Shown here in pieces: positions 1 through 17,396 of a stretch of 64,000 bases of DNA (the stretch's first letter is position 1; each line of letters opens with the position of its first letter). The stretch is taken from NCBI RefSeq assembly GCF_009914755.1, contig NC_060934.1; one strand, 5' to 3'. Position numbers and translations under genes: made by a program. Below the pieces are notes generated by a model, which ran no database searches, was not told the origin of the DNA, and worked only from the letters and a program-made list of their open reading frames with translations. Source of the stretch: the human T2T-CHM13v2.0 reference genome, Homo sapiens.

Positions 1-1539
1 ACAACCAAATCCACATGAGCCTTATTTATAAGCCAGAATTCCAATTTGCTTATTTTTAATGAGAAAGAACTGCCAAGTCAACCAGAGTCCTCATCTAAAA
101 CATTTTGTTCATTATCTACCCAGCAGGAAAGCTTCCTTGAGAAGCCAAATTAAGAGGAGAACAGAGAACTAAGGGACCATAATAGCAATTGCCATCATAG
201 TAGCCTGATATTTCCTTCTCTGTTTAAGGATCCATGCCTGCTTCATTAGCTGAGGGGAAGCTAAGCCCCAGCATGTACGTGGCTACACACCAGAAGGCAG
301 TGGGCACAGGGTGATGATTTGAATTTGAAATGTATTTTTTATAGACTCGGTTAGTTTTTGAAGGTTAACTCTTAAATGCCTTTTAACTCATAGAGTTGAC
401 TTTCATATCACCATTTAGAACATTTCATTTTCTCTATGAGAAAAATGCACTTTGACTTCTAATGTGGGTAATAGTTTCTAGATCTGAAACCTCATGCGTT
501 TTCATGGGAAAATAGAATCTGAATTCCAAAAGACAACAAGAAGGGGCACATCCTATGCCCCATGCCCGACAGCAGGAATGTTCATTTCCCTTTTTCCCCA
601 CTTGCAGGGATGACTGTGGCTTGGGCAGGATGCAGGTGGGGAATAGGGTGAGATGGGGAATAAGGTGGGACTTCAAGCACTGCAATGATTGGAATCACAA
701 AGTTAGGGGACACCTGCCTAAGTTCCAGTGGCCAAGGAGAAAGTGTGGCTATCTAGAGGTAGGTGCTGACATGATTTTTACAACCTTTGATTTTCTAGCC
801 ATTGACTTTGGCCATTGAATTTGGAGGACCCAAATGGGCAATCATAATTTAAATAGTCAAACAGGATAAACAAAACTATTACAACTTAGAATTAGCGTCC
901 TGAAGAACTTTTCATTCTATTCAATTTGACAGATATTTATTAGGCATATAGATTGACCCAGGAACATTTTAAATAATTCTAATGAGAATTTTTTTTGTTC
1001 TTAGTGTTTGAAACTAAACACTGTGCTTAACTGTTTAAATCCTTGCTTCATCTTACATAGAGAAGCCAAAAGAGTAAAGAAAACTGTTCATTTTAGGAAC
1101 TTCTAAATAATTTCCTCTCAACAATACCCATCTTGATTCTGATCTATTCCCACAGACAAGAGAACTGGTCCAATCCAGTATCGGCTGGCAGGTCTTTTAT
1201 CAGAGCAAGAACATTTGTAGGCTGAGAACACTGCCTTGGTTTAAAATCCACACTAATGATGCATTAATTGTTCTAAATGGATTTTCATTTCTCTGCAAGA
1301 TGAGCACTTAATATGTCATCCAAGGGAGCAGTTATTCTCCTTTCGGCGTCTGATCACACAGTGTAGCACCATAAATCAACAAGGTGAATCCGCTGATGAG
1401 GGCTGGAGGGAGGGTGGAGGGGTGGGGCATGGGCAGGGTTCCCTCCTCCTCTCTGCTGGTCCTGAAATGTGACTGGTTTCCCTTCATTCAGCAACGACCA
1501 GGCACTGGCAAGTTGACAACTCAATAGCCAATCATTATA

Positions 1540-6073
<4,534 letters not shown>

Positions 6074-7265
6074 TCAATAGCCAATCATTATAAAGAGAAA
6101 GCCCTACAAATGATGTTTGGCCACTTATAAAGAAAACAAATTTCTTTGTTGTTTCAATGTGCATTTACTTATCACTGAAATTGAGCCTTTTCATATTTTC
6201 ATCAGTTATTTTTATTTCTTAATTTGGGGGTTGTTTGCTCACATTTATTGCCAATTTTTAATTAGCCTGTTTTTCTCTTATTTATTTGAAACTTTATGTG
6301 TTAAGAATATTAAACAGGTTTATTTCTAAAACAAACTTCTGGGTCACCCTGAATCCTGCCCTGAGAGTGGAGGCTGGGAGTCACACATCCAGTGACGAAT
6401 TCTCTGCTGCTGCTCAGAAATGGGGTACCAATGGTACAGGCTGAGAGTCAACAGCATTTCAGGTTTCCATGGGAGTCTAGAACAACACCTTCCAGTGAGC
6501 TCTGCTTTTCACCAAAGGTGGGACCTTTGGAGTACAGGGTGCTTAACCCCTGGGGCAATTGAGAAAGGAGAGGATTTGTGGAAAGCCTTTGTCTTAGCAC
6601 CTGTACATTTAGTGCTCAATTAGAAGTTACGGACAGAGAGAAGAGAGAAAAAGAAACCTCTTCTGAATGTCAGTAGCCTGGAGGCTCCTCCCTGGGTGTT
6701 TTCTTAAGTTAGACTGCATCCTGCCTACTGGGAGCACAGAGTCTGGTAAAGAAGACGGAAAGGGATAGTGCCTTTAAGAGCAATCGGAGTTGGGCTAGAA
6801 ACCTGATTCAGTTGAGGCGGTCCAGGATGTCTTCACAACAGGGATGCCAATGATATCAGGCTTTGAATGGGCAGGATCTGGGCATTCACGTGGGAGGATG
6901 GGGGAGGGAAAGGAAGCTTCTTATATGGAAAGAGAATGGGCCCAAGCATGCCTTTCCGAGTTATGCCCTCACCTCCGTGCTCTGCCTATACAATGTGGGA
7001 ACAAATGCAAGAGGGGGAGATGAGAGAGAACGGATGCATATGAGGAGAAAAAAGTATTCAACCGAGCCCAATCAGAAGTGCAGTAGATGTGATCTACGTC
7101 CACTTTGTTCTAACAGAACACTCTTTTTATTCTGCAGGATGACTGAACTGAGATTTCCTCTGTCTCTGTGCCACGTGGACTTGCAAACTCACAGAGCCTT
7201 CATCACTGAGGAATGTTCTTTGACAGTCACTGTTTATGAGAGCGAACCATAAATTGGGATCCAAG

Positions 7266-7455
7266 TAGAATGATCAAATTTAGCAAATCAAAATATAGAA
7301 CTTCCAGTTGAATCTAATTTCAGATAGACAATGAATAATTCTTTAGGATAAATATGTCCCATGCAATACTGAGGATATAATTACGCTAAGAAAAAATTCG
7401 TTGTTTATCTGAAATTCAGATTCAACTGGGAGTCCTGTTTTATCTGGCAATCCTA
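7266..7455. mobile_element. MER53 palindromic non-autonomous DNA transposon
   Basis: Inverted arms ccagttgaatctaatttcagatagaca / tgtttatctgaaattcagattcaactgg around tatgtcccatgcaata. Ends tatctggcaatccta like the MER53 consensus. Confidence 0.85.
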
Positions 7456-9127
7456 GGTCCATGCTTCCTTGAATGGTTTACAGGCCCGCAAAGCCAATAC
7501 GTTTCAATAGATTCTTAGGAAACATGTTCTAGTTTCAAAATTTGAAGTTAACATGAGAATGCTTTACATTTAATTATTCTAGATAAATTCAGAGTGTACA
7601 GCACTATTTTCTATGGCACAGAATTTGAGACCAAATAACCTAGTGACATATTTGAGGGGGAAAAGGATCCTATGCTCACTGGAGAACACACCTCATAGCA
7701 ATTGGATCCTCTTTATCTCCCAGCTTCTGCAACCCAACTGCTGGAAGACAAAGTCTATACACAATGCAGTGTTTCATTCAGGGGCCCACATGACTCCATC
7801 TGTCACCAAAGCACATGTTTGGCACGGACTGAAAGCCAAAAGCAGTCTAACAAATATTTCAAAACTGAATTTATATCTTTCTAACACATGGTTTATATAG
7901 GGAGGTAATACCTAGAGAGCTTTGCAGTTCTCAAATAATATCCTGGCTCAACAACAAATGATGTATGCAGCAGACCACAATACCAAAATTATTTGCTTTT
8001 AAAACATGTTAAAGAAAGCTAAGTTTATGAGGGGGCTGGTGCCAGAGGTGCCTGTTTTAGTATGCAGTTGTTATAAAATAAGAGACAGGAATCCAAATAT
8101 ATCCACTATAAAATAAACATTTGCATAATTCCTTATACAAAGAGGAAACTTCCCTCTAAAGGTCCAATTGAGAATGAAATTATCAAAGGAAGCAACTCCT
8201 ATTTTGATGAACTTTCAACGTCCCTTACAGCCTCAACAATCCGCATATCTCTTCCATCTAGGCAAACTGTTTCGACACCAGATCTATCAGATCTATAACA
8301 ATGCAAATACTATTACATTTATCTCTGCTAAGCAGAAAAAGATTACATAATGGAACTCTCCGTGGGCAGAATCACACAGGTATGCTGGCTTGCTCTTCAG
8401 GTATGGGTTTTCTCCAGAAGACAGATTTCTAGATGGAAAATGCATATGATTGAAATCTAGATATTTGTCTTTAGAGCCAAGAAGCCACATAGTAGCCTTT
8501 GTTTCATCTTTCCTTCAACTCTGTGATTGCACGTGGACACAGCTTCCATCTAAGAGAGAGTTGAGGGTACTTGTCACTGGCCGGCCAATGATATTCTTAT
8601 AAATATTTCAATGCTCTCCCTGTCCCCAAGAAGAAACTGGAAAAAACTGAAACAACTAAAACAAAGCAGCATCCACACACTGGCACACATTGTAATTCCT
8701 AACTTTTCCAGTGTGCCCTAAAGATTACTGTTCATGTCAAGGGCTGGGTGGGGAGCAAAGAAATTGTCAAATTGATTTTCTGTGGAATCAAGCAATTTGT
8801 GTTTTTCAACTTGACAGTATCAGCATAAATCAGAGCCACATGGAGAGAAACTCTCCTCTTGAAAATACACACCCACACACAGAGTCGGCCAAGCCCGAGT
8901 GAAGCAAGTTCTCTACAAGGCTGACTTTGAGAAAGGGAGGAAGAGGGGAGAGGAATTCAGCCCCGGGACAGAGACAGCTGCCTGGGCATGGCCACCACAA
9001 CTAGACTCACCTGGCCCTGTCAACTCCATCATTCTAGGAAGTTCCTGCTCCAGAGCCTGACTCTGTCCATCTCTTGGAGCATTTTCCGCAGTGACCTGCG
9101 TGTGTGAGCAGCTGTGTCTGTTGTCAG

Positions 9128-9308
9128 TGGCAGTCTTGTGTCGGATGTCTCCCAGTTGCCAGGCACTTGACAGATTACAAAGTGCTTCCCACATGTGTCA
9201 CCTCACATCGGTGCACAGGAATGCTGCAGGAAGTTTGATTCATCCCATTCTACTGAGCAGGGGATAGGGTGAGTGGGAAGTGAGCCTTGGAGGCCGGGCA
9301 CCTGGCCA
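9128..9308 (+). repeat. Copy 1 of 181-bp dispersed direct repeat (MIR-like core)
   Basis: Ungapped alignment to 11106-11286, 151/181 identical by hand count. Confidence 0.9.
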
Positions 9309-11105
9309 GAATTCACGCCTCTGGCAGTGGGCAGAGCTCAGGCTCACATCCAGGGCTCTGCCTTGCCATGGGTACCTCAGATCCAGAGTATCCTGTGACC
9401 TGAACTGCTGCCGACCCCCGGAGCCCTGCCCCTTCCCCTGTCCAGGCTCTCCTGCATGGCACCTTTGCTCATGCTGGTCTTCCATCAGTCTGGGCCATGT
9501 TCCCCCACCACAGTGTACCCATATCGGTCACATAGTGAAATGAAGCAGGGTGTGGAAAGCAGGCCATGGCCAGGATTTCAAGCGAAGCTAGGCTGTGGCA
9601 GAGGTGTCCACGGGCAGTGCCCTCAGCCCGGAGGCCCAGACCCCACCTGTTCAGCCCAAAGCTGGCACCAGACAACATGTGCCCTGCTCCCCCACCCCAC
9701 CCTGCCCTTCCCTTCTGTCCCAACTTCCCCCTTTAGTCTCGGCTTTCCTGCAGCTGTCCGGACCTCACCAGATGTGTCCTGGTTGTGACTGGCTTCTGGC
9801 AGCTCTGTCCTCTGCCAGCCCTATCCAAATCAAGAGGGTTCCCACTGGATAGGCCAGTTCTTGGCCTCACTGGTGGTCACCATCCTGCATGCTTGCACTA
9901 CAATGGATCCCTGTCTGAAGCCTCCTACAAGAAATGGTCCCTCCTGCTCTGGCCCTCTGGTGCTGGATTTCCCTGCCTGACACAGAGCCCATGCATGGCA
10001 TGTGCTTACTACCTGGCCACACTGGAGGGGAGCTGACTCCTTGCGACAGAGACTGCCGCTTCCTCTCCTCGGATCCCCCAGCACTGCACCTTGGACCTCC
10101 CACATGCTAAATCAACATGCTGAATAGATGTGATAGAGAAGGGGGAGGTCCAGAAGCCCTCCAGTGACCTGCATGAAAACACCCCCTGGTTGATGGGTTT
10201 GGATCCAGGATCCAGGAACAAATCTCAAACCTCCTCATCAAGACAATGCCTTCAACTGTGCATTGCTCTCCCTGCACCCCCACCCCCAGTGAGAAGTGCT
10301 GAGTGCCCAAAGACTCTAGTTGGCTTCAGGGGTTATTTATAATCCCCCCACTCCAGCACTCAGCCCTCATCTGGCCTTTGGACACACACAGGAAGAGTGG
10401 ACTGAGAAAGTACTCTCGGGTCACTATAGGACTCCGGCCTCGTCCCCTCTGCTTTAGACAAAGACTCACTGAGTTGTTCAGGGACTTCACTGAAGACCTC
10501 CGGCCTCAAGCCTCAGAACCCAGCACTCAACAGCACCCCTCAAAGGGCCAGACACACCCAGCTGGCTTGATGGAGGTGTCCTCGGCGGTGCTGACACTTA
10601 ACATAAGGTCAAGGGGGGAACAAATTATTCACTTTTCAGTTTCCCGTCAAGCCCTCTAATTAGGAAAAAGTCCATTTGGTATTCCATGCCTAAAACCTCC
10701 CAGCCACTGGCTCTCTGCCCTTTTTCACAAAGAGAACAGGTCTTGGGCTCAGGGACACCAACAGACACCATTGTCTGGCTGCATTTTAATAACATTGTTT
10801 TGTTTTCCTTCAATTTATCTTTATAGTATTTATGTCAAGTGATACTGGCCTATTTAGAATATTGAAGTACAACTTCCTTCTTAAACAAATTTAAGCAAAA
10901 TGTGTATACTGACTTAAAGTTTAAGATAAATTAAGAAAAATTAAGATAAACTAAGAAAAGCAAACCTGTGTATGGCACAGGTGATATACATTTATTAAAA
11001 AGTCATGAAAGTAAGTTCTCAAATGACACCAAGTTAGGAAACTTGGTACTATATGAACTGCTTGGACCACAGCTGGTCAGCGTTGCTATGCATGTAATTA
11101 CTTAA

Positions 11106-11286
11106 TGGCTGTCTTGTGTCGGATGTCTTTCAGTTGCCAGGCGCTTGACAGTTTACAAAGTGTTTCCTGCATCTGTCACCTCACGCCAGTGCACAAAGAT
11201 GTCACAGTAGGTTTTATTCACCCCATTCTGCTGAGCAGGGGAAGGGCTGGGTGGGAAGTGAGCCTTGGAGGCTGGGGACCTTGCCA
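11106..11286 (+). repeat. Copy 2 of 181-bp dispersed direct repeat
   Basis: Same alignment, constant offset of 1978 bp. Confidence 0.9.
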
Positions 11287-14200
11287 TAAACAACAGGAAT
11301 AAACAATAGGGTGTCACCACCATGGCAGTGATGTGATCCAGATTCAAGGTGGGATATAAGAATGTACATTCAAAACAAGCTCCCAGGGAATGGTTTCAGT
11401 GCAGACCATTTGGTAGACCAGCAGTCTCAGAGACCCTAGCCTTTGAAACAACCATCTCTGACCACCAGCTAAAGTCAAAGCACAAAGGCTGCTCTTGCTG
11501 TGGGTGCATCCTCACTGTGATCAAAGCAGGCTTCTCTCCACTGCTCCAGAACATCCTTCCTCCCATTCGTGGAACATCAGAGCATCTCCTGCATACCAAA
11601 TGCAGCCCACAGATTCAAAAGGAATTGCCATCACTCCCTATACTTAAATGGCTGTAACACCCTATGAGTGGAGACTTGAACACTGATATCAATGAGCTCA
11701 CAACCTCATGGATGGATCATTGTGTAACCAGGAGCTTTTATTTAGCACCAGCTATGTGCTAGGCCAAGTCCTTGAGGTTGGAATCAAAGGTCACATGCCT
11801 AGATCTGAAAGATGTTACGGTACAAGTGGGGAAAGCAACAGTGTCATACTAAGATGGTGGAGCTCCCAGGGAGAATGTCTTCCACAATCTGGAGAAAGGA
11901 GCCAAGGCTGAAGTGAGAGGACAGTGGTGAAGGAGGTTTCCCAAGGGACACAGGCTACTAGGCACAAAGGGAGGGTCTGCAGTAACAGCATTCAAGGTTC
12001 AGAAAGCAACAAGCACAGACAGGCACTCAATGATAAACAAGGCAAATGCTGTGTTTACATTAGTTTATCATTTTTTCCATTTAGTTTGCTGAGTATCTCA
12101 ACCTGTTTATTAAAGAGCTGAGTTTTATGAAGGTCTCTGATAGCAAAATAAATAAGAGATTTATGACTCTTCTAATACTAACCACTATTTGTGAATAGAC
12201 AAAGCTAATGGAATCCAGGTCTAGCCTGGTCCTGCTCATGTATCTTTCAAAAGATTTCATAATGAACTCTCCAGAGTCCTTAAAAAGAAGGGAAAGCTCC
12301 CTGCGGTAATCAATTGACTGCTCTGGCACAAACAGTCATCTGTAGGCTTCCAGCTGCCCTTATTTTGAACAGCATATTTTCCAGGGATAATACCCTTTTA
12401 CAAGTCTACAAGACCATGTCTTAATCCTGGCCAGGGGAATCATGTTGACAGAAAATTCCAAATCCCTAAAGGAAGTTAACCAATTCAAACTTGAGATGCC
12501 ATATTTGAAATGTTTTTTATAATGTTAACAAGCTTTTTTTTTTTTTTTAAAGAAAAAGATATTTGCATTTCTTTACTTAGACTTATTTTTTCATTGATAC
12601 TTCATCCTCCCTCCATCAAATCCTGCTCCTTTACTGGTTTGGTGTCTATCTTTGGACAAGTAATTTGGCCTTCCAGATTTGCCTTCCTCATCTGAAAAGT
12701 GATGGTAAATTTATGGGTTGTCACCTGGTTTCTTGGGGTTCCAAGAATATAGTACTGCAGTTCCAGGAGTCATTTTTATTAGAGTAAAAGCCCTAGAATA
12801 TATTTTGCAATAATGTTAGTTAGTTTAACGCAATTGGCTCCAGCCCTCTACCAAGCCTCAGCTTTCAAGTAACTCATAGTCCTGTGTTCTGGAAGTAGGG
12901 GGATGAGAGGATTCAGAAGTTACTGCACATGGTATCTGGCATGCAGTAGGCACTCAATGAACATCTGCGGGAGATGGAGAAAGGTTGGCAACCACAGGAC
13001 TGAGTGAGTTTCTAGGATCTGCTGCATCTCAAAAATTATGTAATTGTTTATGTTTCATAGTCCTTACTGACAACTGTACATGCAAATTTCATTTAAATTA
13101 TAACTAAAATTTTCATCATTAGCTTTTTTTAAAAAAATTAGAGCTTTAATGAGAAAAGATAATGTTTAATGCCAAGAACAAACTGGTTGATGATTCTAAA
13201 AGAAAGCTCCACCACATAGACTTTAGGGGGAAAGAAATTTTGATAAAAATCTAAGTCTTTTAGTGGATACTGCAGAACTGACTATGGCAAGATTTTGAGT
13301 AACCACTGCTAAAGTTTTTTTTTTTTTAATGAATACTCAAAGATATATTTAACCAATGAAATTCTAAATCTGTACTCATTTTATGTTGGAGGGGAGGCAA
13401 AATAGGGAGATGGGAGCTTTTCACATATTTATATTAAAACTTGCATTGATCTTGGAATTCATAGTTCACAGAAAACCTGACCCACAAGAGTTCTTATGTC
13501 AATTGTCAAATAGCAATTCCCCACAGGAAAAAAATGTTGAAAGGTAAAAAATTTTTATAATTGTGTTGAGTGAATTTATACATCAAAATATATGGAATGA
13601 AACCAAAACTCGACTAACAAAAAATGTATAGTTTTAACTGCTTTTATTATCAAGAAATATGAACATAGATGAACTAAACATTCGGCCAAAAAATCACAAC
13701 AATAAAAAGACAAAGGAGTTAAGAAATAAAACCAGAAATGACTAAATTAAAAGCTATGAATAAAAGGAATAGTGTTGATTAATAAATCCAAGACTAAATT
13801 CTTCTGACAGGCCAAATACATATCTAAATCTCCGACAGGTCTAAACAAGGGGAAAGATAAATTGTAAATAAAGAGAAGTGGGCAAAAATAGTGGAACAGG
13901 TGGCCCCAGGCTTTACTATCACCCACAGAAATTTCAACTAGCAATTATCTACAGACAGGAACATGTGGGTCAAAACCCCAAAACTTGGGAATAAGCCTGA
14001 GAGACCTGCCTAGACTACAGAAATGAATGAAGTCTGCATTGGAAGGGTAGGAGAAATGGTCTCACTTTGACCACACTGCTTCTCCCTCCATCCTTTCATT
14101 CAGCATGGTGCCACACAGAGAGGATGCCTCAGGGCCCATGGTTTCTGCAGTGGGCAGGGAGAACCAGAAGCAGACATCTAGCTTCTCTAGCATTCTGAGA

Positions 14201-16016
14201 TGCTTCCCAGGAAGCCCACCTCAGTCTCACTTCATAAAGAATGCTCGAGGTAGCGGCATGGCGAGACCAGCTGGAGTCAGTTAGAAACAAAGCAAGGAGA
14301 CAGGGCCCACAGCAGATACTGGTGATATCTCTGTGTATCTTCCAGTGGCAGCCCCCAGTGAGAGGTACCAGCAAACAGCATAGCACACCTGCAAAGCCAA
14401 GATGGTCACTCCCAAGTGGTGAAAAGTTGTGCCTGGCTTGAATCCCAACAGCCATCTTCCAGGCCCAGCCTTAGGCTCTACTTGAAGGCTCCACCTGGGG
14501 AGAGAGCTCCCCACGACTACACATTTTGGTGAAGAGCAAGAGCTAGTTCTGCAACACCCAAAACTTCAAACAGCACTCAGCTTAACCTCAAAGCCTACCC
14601 TAAGGCCCTGGTTAGGCAAAGACGCAAACCTCAAGCATACATTTCTACTGAAGCACCAGATAATCCCATCCTTCCTGAGCAATGACTCCACCTAACCCCA
14701 GGGAACCTCCTGCAACTCTGTACAACTGAAGAATTCAAATAAAAGTACCACCTGGTGAAGGAATACACCCTGTAGCCCAGCCCAATCAGAGGAAATTGCA
14801 ATGACCAGCCAGTAGTTCTGCCTAATTACAGAGTTCAGCTAGTGCTCTCACCTGACACCTGAGCCCAGCTAGCTTAGCTCTACCAGAACTCAAAGCAAAG
14901 GCAGCATCCCAGCCATCTAGAGAATGGAAAGCAAGCTTTGCCTGCCTGGGGTCATTACCAATTGGCCCATCCGGAATCACAGGCTAGACTAAATAGTAAA
15001 GGTGTATTTCTGCCAAAGAACACCTGTAACATCCAGAAGAGGTGACTGTCTCCCCAAATGCGCAAAAACCAGTGCAAGAACATAGCATTACAAAGATTCA
15101 GAAATCATGACAACACCAAAAGAAACTAGCAAAACTGCAAAAATGAACCCTACAGAAATGGATATCTATAAAGTGATAAAGAATTCAGAATAATCCTCTT
15201 AAAGAAATTCTGTAAACTATATGATACTACAGATTAAAAATCAAATAAAATTTGGAAAACAATACATGAATAAAAGTTTGATGAAGAAACAGAAACAATC
15301 AAAAAACAAACAGAAACACTAGAGATAAAGAATACAATGGCTAAACTTTAAAAATGCAATAGAAAGCTTCAACAGCAGGCTTGAGCAAGATGCAAAAGAA
15401 TTGAAGCAGATAATTTAAAATTATCCAATCAGAGGAACAAACAGAAAAATGAAGGAAGCCAATGGGAATTATGGAATACCATCAAATGACCTAACTTTTG
15501 CATAATACAAATTTCAGAAGAAGAAAGAGAAAAAGGGGCCACATAATACATTTAAAGAAATAATGGCTGAAAACTTCCCTAACCTGGGGAAAGATGCCAA
15601 CATCCAGGTCCTGAAAGCATAGAAGTTTCCAATCAAATTCAACCCAAGGAGGAGTCCACCATAACACATATTAATCAAACCGTCAAAACTTAAAGACAAA
15701 AAATTGTGAGAGCAGCAAAAGATAAAAAATACTTTATATACAAAGAAGTCTCAATATGACTATCAGTGCATTACTCAGCAGAAAACTTGCAGGCCAGGAG
15801 AGAGTGGGATGATATATTCAAAGTGCTGAGGGAGGGGGAAAAAAAAACTCCTGTCTACCAGGAATACCTTACCCAGCAAGGCTGTATTTCAGAAATAAGG
15901 GACAAATAAAAACTTTCCTAGACAAACAAAAGCTAAGCAGAGATTGAATGCATAATAAAAAGTCTCCCATCAAAGAAAAGCCTGATGGCTTTTCTAATAC
16001 AGAACCTGATGGCTTC

Positions 16017-16398
16017 TGTATTAGTCCATTCTCATGCTGCTAATAAAGACATACCCAAGACTGGGTAACTTATAAAGCAAAGAGGTTGAATTGACTCACA
16101 GTTCAGCATGGCAGGGGAGGCCTCAGGAAACTTATGATCATAGCAGAAGGCGAAGCAAACAAATCCTTCTTTACATGGCAGCAGCAAGAAGAAGTGCCGA
16201 GCAAAACGGGGAAAAGACCCTTATAAAAAGACCCATCAGATCTGTGAGAACTCACTCACTATCACAAGAACAGCAGCATGGGACTAACTGCCCCCATGAT
16301 TCAATTACCTCCCACCAGGTCCCTCCCATGACACATGGAGATTATGGGAACTACATTTCATGATGAGATTTGGATAGGGACACAGCCAAGCTATATTA
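16017..16398 (-). mobile_element. THE1 (MaLR) solo LTR
   Basis: tgtattagtccatt...cacagccaagctatatta. 5-bp TSD gcttc at 16012-16016 and 16399-16403. Confidence 0.92.
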
Positions 16399-16543
16399 GC
16401 TTCACTGCTGCTGAATTCTACAAACATTTACAGAAAAACAAATATGAATCCAAACTTTTCCAAAAATTGAAGAGGAAAGATTACTTCCAAATGCGTTACC
16501 CTGATGCCAAAGGCAGACAAACACCTCAAAAGTAAAGAAAATT

Positions 16544-16697
16544 GGGCGAGGTGGCGGGTGCCTGTAGTCCCAGCTACTCAGGAGGCTGAGGCAGGAGAAT
16601 GGCATGAACCCCGGGGGGTGGAACCTGCAGTGAGCCGAGATCGCGCCACTGCACTCCAGCCTGGGTGACCGTGAGACTCCGTCTCAAAAAAAAAAAA
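16544..16697 (+). mobile_element. 5'-truncated young AluY (right monomer; Yh3/Yc3-like diagnostics)
   Basis: gggcgaggtggcggg...gaaccccgggggg...ccgtctc(A)n. TSD aaaagtaaagaaaatt at 16528-16543 and 16698-16713. Confidence 0.9.
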
Positions 16698-17396
16698 AAA
16701 AGTAAAGAAAATTACAGGCCAATATCCTTGTTAAACATACATGCAAAAATCCTTATCAAAAACCTAGCACACCAAATTCAAAAACACATTAAAAGGATCA
16801 TTCATCATGATCAGGTGGGATTTATCCCTGAGATGGAAGGATGTTTCAACACAGACAAATCAATAAATGTGATACATCACATTAAGAGAACATAGGACAA
16901 AAACCATGTGATCATCTCATTAGATGAAGAGAAAGCATTTGACAGAATTCAATATCCTTTTATGATAAACTCTCAACAAATTAGGCATAGAAGAAATGTA
17001 CCTTAACACAATAAAGCCATATATAATAAGCCCACAGCTAACATCATACTCAATGGTAAAAAATTGAAAGCCCTTCCTCTAAGATCCGGAACAAGACAAG
17101 AATGCCTACACTCACCATTTCTATTCAACATAGTGTTGGAAGTCCTCGCCAGAGCAATTTTGCAAGAGAAAGAGATAAAAGACACCCAAATAGGAAAGGA
17201 AGAAGTAAAATTGTTGCTGTTTGTTGATGACGTGTTTCTTCATGTTAAAAAATTCTAAAGATTCTCTAAAAAAACTGCTAGAATTTAGAATAAACAAATT
17301 CAGTAAAATTGCAGGATACAAAATAAACAAAAAAATCAGTAGCATTTCTATATACTAAAAAGAGACTCTTCAAAAAAGAAATCAAGAGAAGAATCC

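Noticed and set aside
8330-8406. Two plus-strand CAG|GTATG donor-like sites
   Set aside because: Antisense to ADAM12, with no recognisable coding frame or partner exons.
9240-10660. Many overlapping 65-118 aa ORFs on both strands
   Set aside because: Expected in locally GC-rich intronic DNA. No recognisable domains or convincing exon structure.
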